From positions 1,216,001 to 1,280,000 of the forward strand of contig OY970218.1 of the NCBI GenBank assembly GCA_963713975.1: 64,000 nucleotides of DNA, given 5' to 3'. Each line of letters begins with the position of its first letter. The first letter of the stretch is position 1. This DNA comes from an uncultured Chloroflexia bacterium (GTDB lineage: Bacteria > Chloroflexota > Limnocylindria > Limnocylindrales > CSP1-4). The position numbers and the translations under genes were made by a program. The notes beneath the pieces are model-generated. The model made no database searches and had not been told where the DNA came from. It saw only the letters and a list, made by a program, of their open reading frames with translations. This document shows, piece after piece, positions 37,974 through 46,457 of the stretch.

Positions 37974-37991
37974 TACGACAGCAGTGTCGTA
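37974..37991. promoter_or_regulatory. Putative BlaI/CopY-family operator copy 3
   Basis: Perfect TACGACA-GCAG-TGTCGTA about 40 nt upstream of the repressor gene. Confidence 0.7.
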
Positions 37992-38032
37992 TCAACAAGG
38001 ATGCGCTTGCTGATGCCGGGTAGAGTCATCAC

Positions 38033-38443
38033 ATGACAGGCATTGATCCGGTCCGCAAGTCGACGGTCGAGGATGTCCTGGGACCGCTCGGGGCTGCCGT
38101 AATGCGTGTGGTGTGGGAGCAGGGCGAGGCGACGGTCGGGTCCGTCGCCACAACGCTCGCCGAGGAACATGACAACACCTCGGCCTACACCACGATCATG
38201 ACCATCATGGGCCGACTCCATGATCGCGGGCTGCTCGCTCGCGAGAAGCACGGGCGACAATTCGTGTACCACGCCGTGGCCGATGAGGATGCCCTGATCG
38301 AACGCCTCAGCGAGGATGCCCTCGATCAGCTCATTGCCCGCTTCGGAGCGACCGCCTATCGGCAGTTCGCCGTCCGACTGACAGACCTGGACCCCGCGCT
38401 CCGCCAGCGCCTCCTCGATCTCGCGGCCGGTGGCGACGAGTGA
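38033..38443 (+). CDS. BlaI/MecI/CopY-family transcriptional repressor
   Basis: LGPLGAAVMRVVW, AYTTIMTIMGRLHDRGLLAREKHGRQFVY. Confidence 0.9.
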   Translation: MTGIDPVRKSTVEDVLGPLGAAVMRVVWEQGEATVGSVATTLAEEHDNTSAYTTIMTIMGRLHDRGLLAREKHGRQFVYHAVADEDALIERLSEDALDQLIARFGATAYRQFAVRLTDLDPALRQRLLDLAAGGDE

Positions 38444-39156
38444 CGTCGATCCGGGCCACGATCCTGTTGATGCTCGGCGCCGGAAGCGGATGCTTTCTGG
38501 TCTCGTTTGCCAGCCAGGCAGATCCGCTCTTCGCCATTGAGGCTGCCGGGGCGCTCGTTCTCTGTATCTGGGGCGCGACGGCCATCGCGCTGGCGCTCGG
38601 CTCGACGGCCCTCGCGCGGGGGTCGTCGGCCAGGAGCCGCGCCGACGACATCGCCGGGGTGCCATGCCAGGTAATCCAGGATCGCAGCCGCCAGGCGTTC
38701 GCCGCCGGCAGCTTGCGACCCACGGTGTACGTGACAACTGGTGCCATCGATGTGCTGACCGACGACGAGCTGCGCGCGGTATTGCTGCACGAGAGCCATC
38801 ACGCCCGCACTCGCGCACCGTTGCGGGCCGCGTTTGTCGAGGCCTGGTTCCGCATCGTGCGGCTGGCTCCGCCGATTCGGCGGCGCCTGGTGTCGAGGTT
38901 GGCCACGCTTGAGACCACAGCCGACCGCTTCGCCCTGGAGGCGGGGGCCACTCGCCGACAACTGGCGTCCGCCCTGGTGAAGCTCGACTCGTCGCCTGGC
39001 GTGAGCTTCTCGGGTCACGCAGACGCTCGCGTTGTCGCGCTCGTCGGTGGGAGCATCCCGGAGTCGGCGGGCGCACCGCTCGAGTGGGTCCCCCTGCTCC
39101 TCATCCTGGCGCTGGCTGCGGGCTGCCGCCTTGCTGGAACGGCCATGCCGGTATGA
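38440..39156 (+). CDS. M56-family (BlaR1-like) membrane metallopeptidase
   Basis: ELRAVLLHESHH (HExxH), ETTADRFA; coupled to the repressor gene. Confidence 0.85.
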   Translation: MTSIRATILLMLGAGSGCFLVSFASQADPLFAIEAAGALVLCIWGATAIALALGSTALARGSSARSRADDIAGVPCQVIQDRSRQAFAAGSLRPTVYVTTGAIDVLTDDELRAVLLHESHHARTRAPLRAAFVEAWFRIVRLAPPIRRRLVSRLATLETTADRFALEAGATRRQLASALVKLDSSPGVSFSGHADARVVALVGGSIPESAGAPLEWVPLLLILALAAGCRLAGTAMPV

Positions 39157-39525
39157 GTCATCGCGCAGCCCCGGGCTGCAGGCGCAAGCAGACTCCTGAT
39201 TGCCGAAGGGCGCAGCTGGTTTTCGCGACGCGCCCGGTCCGCCCGAGCGCCCCGGGGCGACGATCCGACTGACGGAGCCTCGGCTCTCTATCGCGGCCCA
39301 TCGTCCGGCCGAGTCACAGCCTTGTCGGAACCTTGACGGTCTCCTGACGGCCACTGGATGGACGCCCGATCGACCTCCGCCGACGATCGATGCCACGGCC
39401 GCCCCGCGTCCCCGGGCCCGGCCGCGTGGGGCTCGACGCCAACGATGACGAGGGCGCCTCAGGCTGGCCGCTGGACGGCCTCAAGATCGGCTCAAGTTGT
39501 GGGTGGACCTGCGGTCACCGGTCGG

Positions 39526-39608
39526 GTCTGAGGGCCTTCCTCGCCGGCTCGGACTCCTGCGCAGTGATCTCTCCGCGCGCGAACCGTTCGCCGAGGATCT
39601 GGCTCGGC
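39526..39608 (-). pseudogene. SHOCT-domain remnant
   Basis: PSQILGERFARGEITAQESEPARKAL with no intact gene around it. Confidence 0.55.
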
Positions 39609-39735
39609 TTTGGTCCCGACGAGCCTTGTAATGCTGGCCCACCGGCTCGTGAGGACGTCGTGACCAGCCGGAGGACGTGTCATGACTGGCCGTAACGTGG
39701 TCGACTCAGCTCCGCGCGGCTTGGCCAAATCACCT

Positions 39736-39784
39736 GTACACAATCTGGCTTGTCCAGCGACCACCCGCGGCCGATAGTGCGGGT
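39736..39784 (+). promoter_or_regulatory. Leaderless promoter with GTACACA box (virB4-virD4-relaxase operon)
   Basis: GTACACAATCTGGC-TTGTCC-N17-GATAGT-N6-ATG; same 49-nt offset to the ATG as at 14791. Confidence 0.75.
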
Positions 39785-42022
39785 ATGCGCACCATCATCT
39801 CGGCACCACTCGCCGACTCCAGCCGGCTGACCATCCGGCGGCCTCAGGTCCGGCCGCCAGCACCGGCACCGCAGGGTCCGATTGCAGGTGTCACGGATGG
39901 CCAATTCCGGATCGATGGCCGGTATGTCGCTGGGTTCGAGCTCGGCCCGGTCAATCTCGAGCTCATGGCCGAGGCGGAGCGGGACGCGGCCCTCCAGTCC
40001 CTCGCCGCCTTCTACGACACGATCGCACGACCGTTCCAGCTCGTCTCGATCCCCGCCGAGCGGAGCCCGGACGACCACCTGGCGGCGATGGAGGCGCGGG
40101 CTGAGGGCAAGCGGATCGTACGGGCGTTCGCCGCGTATGCCGCGCTGTACCGCGAGATCGCCGCCGCGCCCCGGCGGCCCCTGCGACGGACGTACCTGCT
40201 GCTCGACGCGGCGAGCGAGCCCGAGCTGCGGCGGATGATGACGAGCCTTGCCCGCACGGCCGAGGAGCGGGGCGTGACCGCGCGCGAGGTCGAACCCGCG
40301 GAGCTCGGCGCGTTGTGGGCCACCGTCGGCCGGGCGGGGATCGAGCACCGGATCGGCGCGTCGGTGATCACTGGCGAGCGACTGCTGACGGCCCTCGTGC
40401 CGACCCGCCGCTGGCCGGCGGAGGTCGAGCCCGGCTGGCTGACCGAACTCCTCGCAGTCCAGGGGGTTGGCCCGGTCGCAATCCGCATCCGGCCGCTCGG
40501 GCGCGCCGAGGCGATGGCGTTCATGACGACGAGGCTCCGCCAGGTCCGGGCCGCCGACCGGCTGGCCGCTGAGCGGGGCGAGCTCGGCGACGTGGAGCGC
40601 GAACGGGTGGGCGACACGGCGACCGCTGCGAGGCGTTCGGTCCAGGCGGGCCGCGGCCGGATCTACCTCGCCGATGTGGTCCTGCTCCTCGAGGCGGATG
40701 ACCGCGCGAGCATGAACGAGCGGATCGAGTCGCTGCGGCTCGAGGGCCGGGGCACAGGGCTCGAGCTCGAGGTCGCCACGTTCCGGCTCGCCGACGCCTG
40801 GCGGGCGGCCCTGCCGGGTCCGGCACCGCGGCCGCTCGCCGAGCGCAACCTCGACTCAGGCTCGCTCGCCGCGTCGCTCCTCCACGCAGCGTCGGATCTG
40901 TACGAGCCGACGGGGCACCTGTACGGGCGGACCAAGACCAGCGGCGCGCCGATCGTGCTCGACCGGTTTGCCCACGCGAGCCACAACGCGATCGTGCTCG
41001 GCCAGACCGGGACCGGCAAGACGATGTTCACGGGCGCCGAGATGAGCCGCTGTCTCATCCGCGGGATCCGGGTGCTCGCGGTGGATCCGCTGGGCGACTA
41101 CCGCCGGCTGGCGGACGAGCTCGGTGGCACGTACCTCGATCTCGGCGCACCCGGCGTGGGCCTCAACCCGTTCGCGTTCACCGGTCCCGCGACCGATGGC
41201 GCGCTCACCGCCAAGATCGCTGCCCTCACGCGGCTCGCCGCCGCGATGGCCGGTGGCCTCTCCCGCGACGAGCGTCCTGCCCTCGACCGGGCCCTGCGCA
41301 CGACCTATGACGATGCAGGCATCGGCCCCGATCCGGCGTCGCTCGATCGGGAGCCGCCGACCCTCGCCCACCTCGTCGAGCGGCTCTCGGGGTTCGCCGA
41401 CGGTGCCCCGCTCGCGCACCGTCTCGAGCGCTGGGCGGCAGGGTCGCTCGCGCACCTGTTCGCCGGCGGTGCGGCGCTCCCGCTCGACCGGCGAATGCTC
41501 GTCATCGGCCTCGCCGCTCTCTCGGACCCCGAGGTGCGCTCGGTCGCCCAGCTGGCCGCGCTGGGGCTGCTGTGGGATGCCGTGCGGCGCGACCTTGCGC
41601 CCAAGCTCGTCGTCGTCGACGAGGCGTGGAAGGTGATGCGCCAGCCCGCGGGCGCCGAGTTCATCGAGGAGCTGGCCCGTTCGGCCCGCCACTACCACGC
41701 GGGGCTCCAGCTCGCGACCCAGGACATCGTCGAGTTCCTGCGCAGTGACTTCGGCGAGTCGATCGTCAAGCAGTCCGACCTGCGGGTCCTGCTGGGGCAG
41801 ACGCCCGAGGGCGCCGACGCACTCACCCGCTACTTCGACCTGACGCCCGCCGAGCGGCGCTCGCTCGTCCACGCCAGCCCGGGCGAGGGGCTGCTGTTCG
41901 TGGGGCGGAGCCACGTGGCCTTCGAGGCCTCGGTCTCTCGCCGCGAGTACGCGATGCTCACCACGCGACCAGCCGATCTGCTGGCAGACCCACACAGGTA
42001 CGCGCCACCCGATACCGGGTGA
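39785..42022 (+). CDS. virB4: VirB4-like conjugation ATPase
   Basis: LGQTGTGKT, VDPLGDY, VVVDEAW, ARSARHY, ATQDIVEF. Confidence 0.88.
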   Translation: MRTIISAPLADSSRLTIRRPQVRPPAPAPQGPIAGVTDGQFRIDGRYVAGFELGPVNLELMAEAERDAALQSLAAFYDTIARPFQLVSIPAERSPDDHLAAMEARAEGKRIVRAFAAYAALYREIAAAPRRPLRRTYLLLDAASEPELRRMMTSLARTAEERGVTAREVEPAELGALWATVGRAGIEHRIGASVITGERLLTALVPTRRWPAEVEPGWLTELLAVQGVGPVAIRIRPLGRAEAMAFMTTRLRQVRAADRLAAERGELGDVERERVGDTATAARRSVQAGRGRIYLADVVLLLEADDRASMNERIESLRLEGRGTGLELEVATFRLADAWRAALPGPAPRPLAERNLDSGSLAASLLHAASDLYEPTGHLYGRTKTSGAPIVLDRFAHASHNAIVLGQTGTGKTMFTGAEMSRCLIRGIRVLAVDPLGDYRRLADELGGTYLDLGAPGVGLNPFAFTGPATDGALTAKIAALTRLAAAMAGGLSRDERPALDRALRTTYDDAGIGPDPASLDREPPTLAHLVERLSGFADGAPLAHRLERWAAGSLAHLFAGGAALPLDRRMLVIGLAALSDPEVRSVAQLAALGLLWDAVRRDLAPKLVVVDEAWKVMRQPAGAEFIEELARSARHYHAGLQLATQDIVEFLRSDFGESIVKQSDLRVLLGQTPEGADALTRYFDLTPAERRSLVHASPGEGLLFVGRSHVAFEASVSRREYAMLTTRPADLLADPHRYAPPDTG

Positions 42023-42972
42023 CCGCGCGGAGTGGCAGCGGTGCGGGCTGCGCCCTGGGCTGTGGCTGCGGCGGCCTGGTCATGGTCCTCGTTGCCGTCA
42101 TGGTCATGGGTGTCGCGGGCGCCCTCGCCGGCAGCTGGGCGGCGATGGCTGCTCCCTCGCCCGCCCGATCCGGCGATGCCGCCGCCATCCCGCCCGCGTA
42201 TCTCGCCCTCTACCAGGACGCGGCGGCCCGCTTCGAGCTCGACTGGGAGGTGCTGGCGGCGGTCGGGCGGGTCGAGACCAACCACGGGCGCAACCGCAAC
42301 GGGTGCGCGCCGAACTTTGCAGGCGCCCAGGGCCCGATGCAGTTCCTGCCGGCGACCTTCGCCCACGCTGCCAAGCTCGCCCACATCGCCGACCCCGACA
42401 TCTGCGATCCGGTCGACGCGATCCCGGCGGCCGCAGCGTACCTGCAGTCCAACGGCGCGCCGAAGCGCTGGGACCACGCCCTGTACCGGTACAACCCGGC
42501 CGACTGGTACCCGCCCCTCGTCATGGGCTGGGCCGTCCGCTACGGGTACGGCGCCTCGGTGGTGTGGCCCGCCGACGGGCGGATCTCCCAGCGCTTCGGC
42601 CCGACGAAGTTCACGGGCGAGCCGCCCCTCTGCTACGAGGGCACCTGCTACGCCCACTTCCACGACGGGCTCGACATCGCGGCACCGACAGGCACGCCAG
42701 TCCTCGCGATGGCGGCGGGGCGGGTCATCCTCGCGGGACGGGTGGCGGACGGCGCGGTCGTGGTGATGATCGACCACGGCGCGGGTGTCGAGACGCTGTA
42801 CGGCCACCTCGAGCCCGCGCTCGCGGTCAGCAAGGGCGACCAGGTCGCTGCGGGCCAGCTGCTCGGAACGGTGGGGCTCACCGGGCGTACGACCGGGCCG
42901 CACCTGCACTTCGAGCTGTGGCACGGGGCGAAGCCGATCGATCCGCTCACCATGCTCCCGGTGCGCCCGTGA
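42019..42972 (+). CDS. Lytic transglycosylase plus M23 peptidase (VirB1-like cell-wall hydrolase)
   Basis: LAAVGRVETNHG, AGAQGPMQFLP; HDGLD, YGHL, TTGPHLHFE. Confidence 0.9.
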   Translation: MTARSGSGAGCALGCGCGGLVMVLVAVMVMGVAGALAGSWAAMAAPSPARSGDAAAIPPAYLALYQDAAARFELDWEVLAAVGRVETNHGRNRNGCAPNFAGAQGPMQFLPATFAHAAKLAHIADPDICDPVDAIPAAAAYLQSNGAPKRWDHALYRYNPADWYPPLVMGWAVRYGYGASVVWPADGRISQRFGPTKFTGEPPLCYEGTCYAHFHDGLDIAAPTGTPVLAMAAGRVILAGRVADGAVVVMIDHGAGVETLYGHLEPALAVSKGDQVAAGQLLGTVGLTGRTTGPHLHFELWHGAKPIDPLTMLPVRP

Positions 42973-45341
42973 TCGTCGATCTCGGGTGGGTCGCAGGCTC
43001 GCTCGCATCGCTCGTGCCACTCGCCGCGGCGTTCGTGGGGCTCGCGCTCCTCTTCGTCCTCGTCCTGCGTCTCGTGCCCGTCGCGCGCCAGCGCGCCTAC
43101 GACCGGGTGTCGGCGCGGGAGACGGTCAGGCTCGTCGTCGCGCTGCCGGCGCGGGCCGCCGCCGACGCTGGGCTCGGGGTCGAGCTCATCCGGGCGCTCC
43201 ACCCCCGAGCACGTCGCGGCTTCGATGCCTGGCGCGTCGGCTGGCCGCGCATCGAGCTCCGGCTCGTCTGGCGCGATGGCTCCCTGGCCTTCGAGATCGA
43301 GACCAACAGCCAGGTCGCCGCCGTCGCCATGGCGCAGCTGCGCGCCCTGTATCCCGGGGTGGCCATCGAGACGACCGACGGTCGCGACCAACCCCCGGCC
43401 GCGACCGCGATCGGGCGGCTGGACGGCCCCCGGGGCTGGCCGCTGCGGGAGGTGGCGGCTCCCGAGGCCCGCATCCCCCGTGCCCTCGCCGCGGCGCTCG
43501 AGCATGCCCCCGCCGGTGCCGAGGTGCGGCTGCGGTGCGTCGCACGACCCGTGCCGCCCGAGGCCTGGCGGCGCGACCTCGGCGCCCCGGAGGATGCGAG
43601 CCCCGGATCGCTTCGATCCCTCATCGGGCGCGCGATCGTCGACGCCATCCTGCTCCGGCCGACCGCCGCGACCACGACTCAGTCTCCTGTCCGGACCTCG
43701 CCGGCAGAGCGTGAGGCCCAGGCCCGCAGACGCCGTGGCGTCGTCGGGTTCGACGTCGGCCTCCGCCTCGAGGTCGCGGGGATCGCAGGCCCGGCCGCCG
43801 AGGCGCTGCTGTGGCGGCTGGTCCATGTCACCGCCGAGCTCGACGACGGCCGCCAGGCGATCCGCTGGCAGATCCGGCGTGGCAGCGCCGGGGGAGCGCC
43901 CGCGGCGAGGCTCGCGGACTGGGAGCTCGCCCAGCTGTGGTCCCTGCCCGACGCGTCCTTCGACGAGGCCGGGTTCACTCGCGCGCGCCCGCTCGGGGCC
44001 GCGCCGCCGGCGTCGCCCGACGGCCTCGGGCTCGTGCTCGGCGAGAGCCGCGGTCGAGCGCTGGTGCTGCCCGCCGACGCCCTCGCCCGTCATCTGGCGG
44101 TGTTCGGCTCGACGGGATCGGGCAAGAGCACGCTCTTGCTCAACCTCGTGCTCGCACTGGCGGAATCGCCGATCGGGGCCACGGTCATCGATCCCCATGG
44201 CGACCTGACGACCGACATCCTCGAGCGGCTGCCCGAGAATGCGGCATCCAGGGTCCACGTCCTGCGGCTGGCCGATCGCGACCACCCGCGCGGGTTCAAC
44301 TTCCTCGAGCGCGCGTCGCCCGACGAGGCCCAGCTCGTGACGAGCGAGTTCGTCGAGCTGTTCGAGGACCTGTGGCCGAGGTTTTGCGGCCCCAAGATGC
44401 AGCACTACCTGCGGCACGCGCTCCTGACCCTGCTGGCTGCTCCTGAACCCGGGACGATCATCGAGCTCACCCGCATCCTGACCGACGACGCCTTCCGCGA
44501 GCCGTTGGTCGCCAAGGTCACCGACCCGCTCGTCGCCGCGTTCTGGCGGACCGAGTGGCCGGGGCCCAAGGAGCGCGAGCGCGACAGCTCGATCAAGGCG
44601 GTCCTCAACAAGCTCGGCGCCTTTGTGACCTATGCCTCGATCCGGAACGTGGTGGGGCAGGGGGTCTCGACGATCCGGCCGCGGGCGCTCATGGACCGGG
44701 GCGAGATCCTGCTCGTCGACCTCTCGGGCGTGGGCGGCGACAACGCGAACCTGTTCGGCGCGATGCTGATCAGCCGCTACCTGATCGACGCCACCGGGCG
44801 CCAGGGCACCCCGCGCGACCAGCGGCGCCAGCACGTGCTCGTGGTCGACGAGGCCCAGCGGTTCGACACGCGGGCGATGGGCAAGATCGCCGTGGAGGGT
44901 CGCAAGTTCGGCCTGGCCCTGGCGATCGCCTCGCAGTCGATGGGCGGCCTGGGGGAGCGGCTGCGCGAAACGGTCCTCACCAACGCCGCGTGCCTCGCGC
45001 TCCTCGCCCCGGGCGCCGACGACCTGCGCGGCCTCGGGCGCCTGGTGGCGCCGGTGTCGGTCGACGAGCTCAGCCGCATGCGCCGGTTCGAGGTGCTGCT
45101 CCGGATGCCCGGGCCCGACGGGCGCCCGGGTGTGTACGGCGGAACGGTCAGTGCACCTGGTCCGTCTGACCCTGCCACCGCGGCGGCGATCGTCGCACGG
45201 AGCGACGCGCGCGATGCGCGGCCGGTCGATGGGGTCCGCGCGGAGGTCCTCCGGCGGGCCGGCGGCGACGACGCGGTGCCCAGCAAGGCCGATGTCGCAA
45301 GCGCCGCACCGTCCGAGCAGCAACGCGGCCACCAGTCATGA
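42969..45341 (+). CDS. virD4: Type IV coupling protein (VirD4/TraD-like)
   Basis: N-terminal TM, RHLAVFGSTGSGKST, IDPHGD, VVDEAQRF, EGRKFG, ASQ. GTGA overlap with the previous gene. Confidence 0.88.
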   Translation: MIVDLGWVAGSLASLVPLAAAFVGLALLFVLVLRLVPVARQRAYDRVSARETVRLVVALPARAAADAGLGVELIRALHPRARRGFDAWRVGWPRIELRLVWRDGSLAFEIETNSQVAAVAMAQLRALYPGVAIETTDGRDQPPAATAIGRLDGPRGWPLREVAAPEARIPRALAAALEHAPAGAEVRLRCVARPVPPEAWRRDLGAPEDASPGSLRSLIGRAIVDAILLRPTAATTTQSPVRTSPAEREAQARRRRGVVGFDVGLRLEVAGIAGPAAEALLWRLVHVTAELDDGRQAIRWQIRRGSAGGAPAARLADWELAQLWSLPDASFDEAGFTRARPLGAAPPASPDGLGLVLGESRGRALVLPADALARHLAVFGSTGSGKSTLLLNLVLALAESPIGATVIDPHGDLTTDILERLPENAASRVHVLRLADRDHPRGFNFLERASPDEAQLVTSEFVELFEDLWPRFCGPKMQHYLRHALLTLLAAPEPGTIIELTRILTDDAFREPLVAKVTDPLVAAFWRTEWPGPKERERDSSIKAVLNKLGAFVTYASIRNVVGQGVSTIRPRALMDRGEILLVDLSGVGGDNANLFGAMLISRYLIDATGRQGTPRDQRRQHVLVVDEAQRFDTRAMGKIAVEGRKFGLALAIASQSMGGLGERLRETVLTNAACLALLAPGADDLRGLGRLVAPVSVDELSRMRRFEVLLRMPGPDGRPGVYGGTVSAPGPSDPATAAAIVARSDARDARPVDGVRAEVLRRAGGDDAVPSKADVASAAPSEQQRGHQS

Positions 45342-45356
45342 TCGGCCCGCTGACCG

Positions 45357-45410
45357 GGTGCGCCAGATGGGGCGCCAGATGGGGCGCCGAGACGCCCCTA
45401 TGGGCGCACC
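45357..45410. repeat. Candidate oriT-like repeat cluster
   Basis: GCGCCAGATGGG twice (45360-45383), bracketed by the inverted repeat GGTGCGCC/GGCGCACC, between the coupling protein and relaxase genes. Confidence 0.35.
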
Positions 45411-45453
45411 GATTCCGTGCTCGGGACGCGGGGTCACGGCGAAGGGACCTCAC

Positions 45454-46341
45454 GTGAGCGGACGCCGTGGACAGCCGGCCGCTGGCTCACGCACGCTCGG
45501 GGTCGACCTCGATGCCCTCCCGATCGCGGACAAGGCCGCCCTGCGCCTCCTCATCCGCGCCGATGCCGCCACCGCCTCACAGCTTGCCCGCCTCATCTAC
45601 CGCCGCGAGCGAACCGCCCAGGACCGGCTCCTCGAGCTCTGGCGCACAGGCGCGCTCGAACGATCCACCGACCCCCGCTCCGGCCGAGGAACCGCCACCC
45701 TGGCATACCGCACAAGCCAGATGACCCGAGCACACCTCGGCATTCGCGAGCCGCGTGCCAGCAGTTTGTACCTCCGCCACACCCTCGACATCGTCGAAGC
45801 CGTGTGCGCGCTCGCCGCTCCCGATCCGGCGGACGCACCTCGCGCGGTCCAGGCCTGGCTCACCGAGCGGATGAGCGCAGACCTGCCGGGTCCCGGGATC
45901 AGACCCGACAGCGTCGTCGCCCTGCAGGTGGGTGCACGCTCCGCCGTCCTGTGCCTCGAGATGGACGAGGGGACCCAGCACGCCCCGGTCATCCGGGCCC
46001 GCCTTGCCGCCTACGGCCGTTGGCTGCCCACGCGCGCCGGCTGGCACCTGCTGTTCGTCGTCCAGAGCGAGCAACGCACCCGCTGGTTGCGCCGCCTGGG
46101 GTCCTGGCATGGCCCGGCGTCGCTCGAAGGCCGGTCATGGGTCGTGCGGCTGGCCGACGTCCGCTCCGATGGACTCGACGCGCTGGCGGTGCCCATCGTC
46201 GGCGTGGAGTCAGCCGTGCCGGTCAGTGGCCTCACCCGGGATCCCGCCTCCCGTGAGTCCGCTGCGCCCGTAGGGTCGAACGCCTGGATCGAGCTCCTGG
46301 GCCAAGGCGGCGGTGAGGACCTCAGCCACGCGCTCCGATGA
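45454..46341 (+). CDS. Replication-relaxation (Replic_Relax) family putative relaxase
   Basis: N-terminal wHTH, LRHTLDIVE, IRPDSVV, LEMDEGT; follows the coupling protein. Start uncertain. Confidence 0.8.
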   Translation: MSGRRGQPAAGSRTLGVDLDALPIADKAALRLLIRADAATASQLARLIYRRERTAQDRLLELWRTGALERSTDPRSGRGTATLAYRTSQMTRAHLGIREPRASSLYLRHTLDIVEAVCALAAPDPADAPRAVQAWLTERMSADLPGPGIRPDSVVALQVGARSAVLCLEMDEGTQHAPVIRARLAAYGRWLPTRAGWHLLFVVQSEQRTRWLRRLGSWHGPASLEGRSWVVRLADVRSDGLDALAVPIVGVESAVPVSGLTRDPASRESAAPVGSNAWIELLGQGGGEDLSHALR

Positions 46342-46457
46342 CGCAGGGGAGCCCATGTGCTCGACGGGAACCTCGAGACCGGCGGAATGCCCTCTGGACG
46401 GCCGGCTCGGACAACCGTTCTCAAGACCGGACATCGGTTACAGCTCTTGCTGGCCTC

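Noticed and set aside
42648-45332. Very long antisense ORFs (also 55221..57182, 17433..18740 and the 5' half of 5364..7379)
   Set aside because: Shadow frames of high-GC genes on the opposite strand; no motifs.
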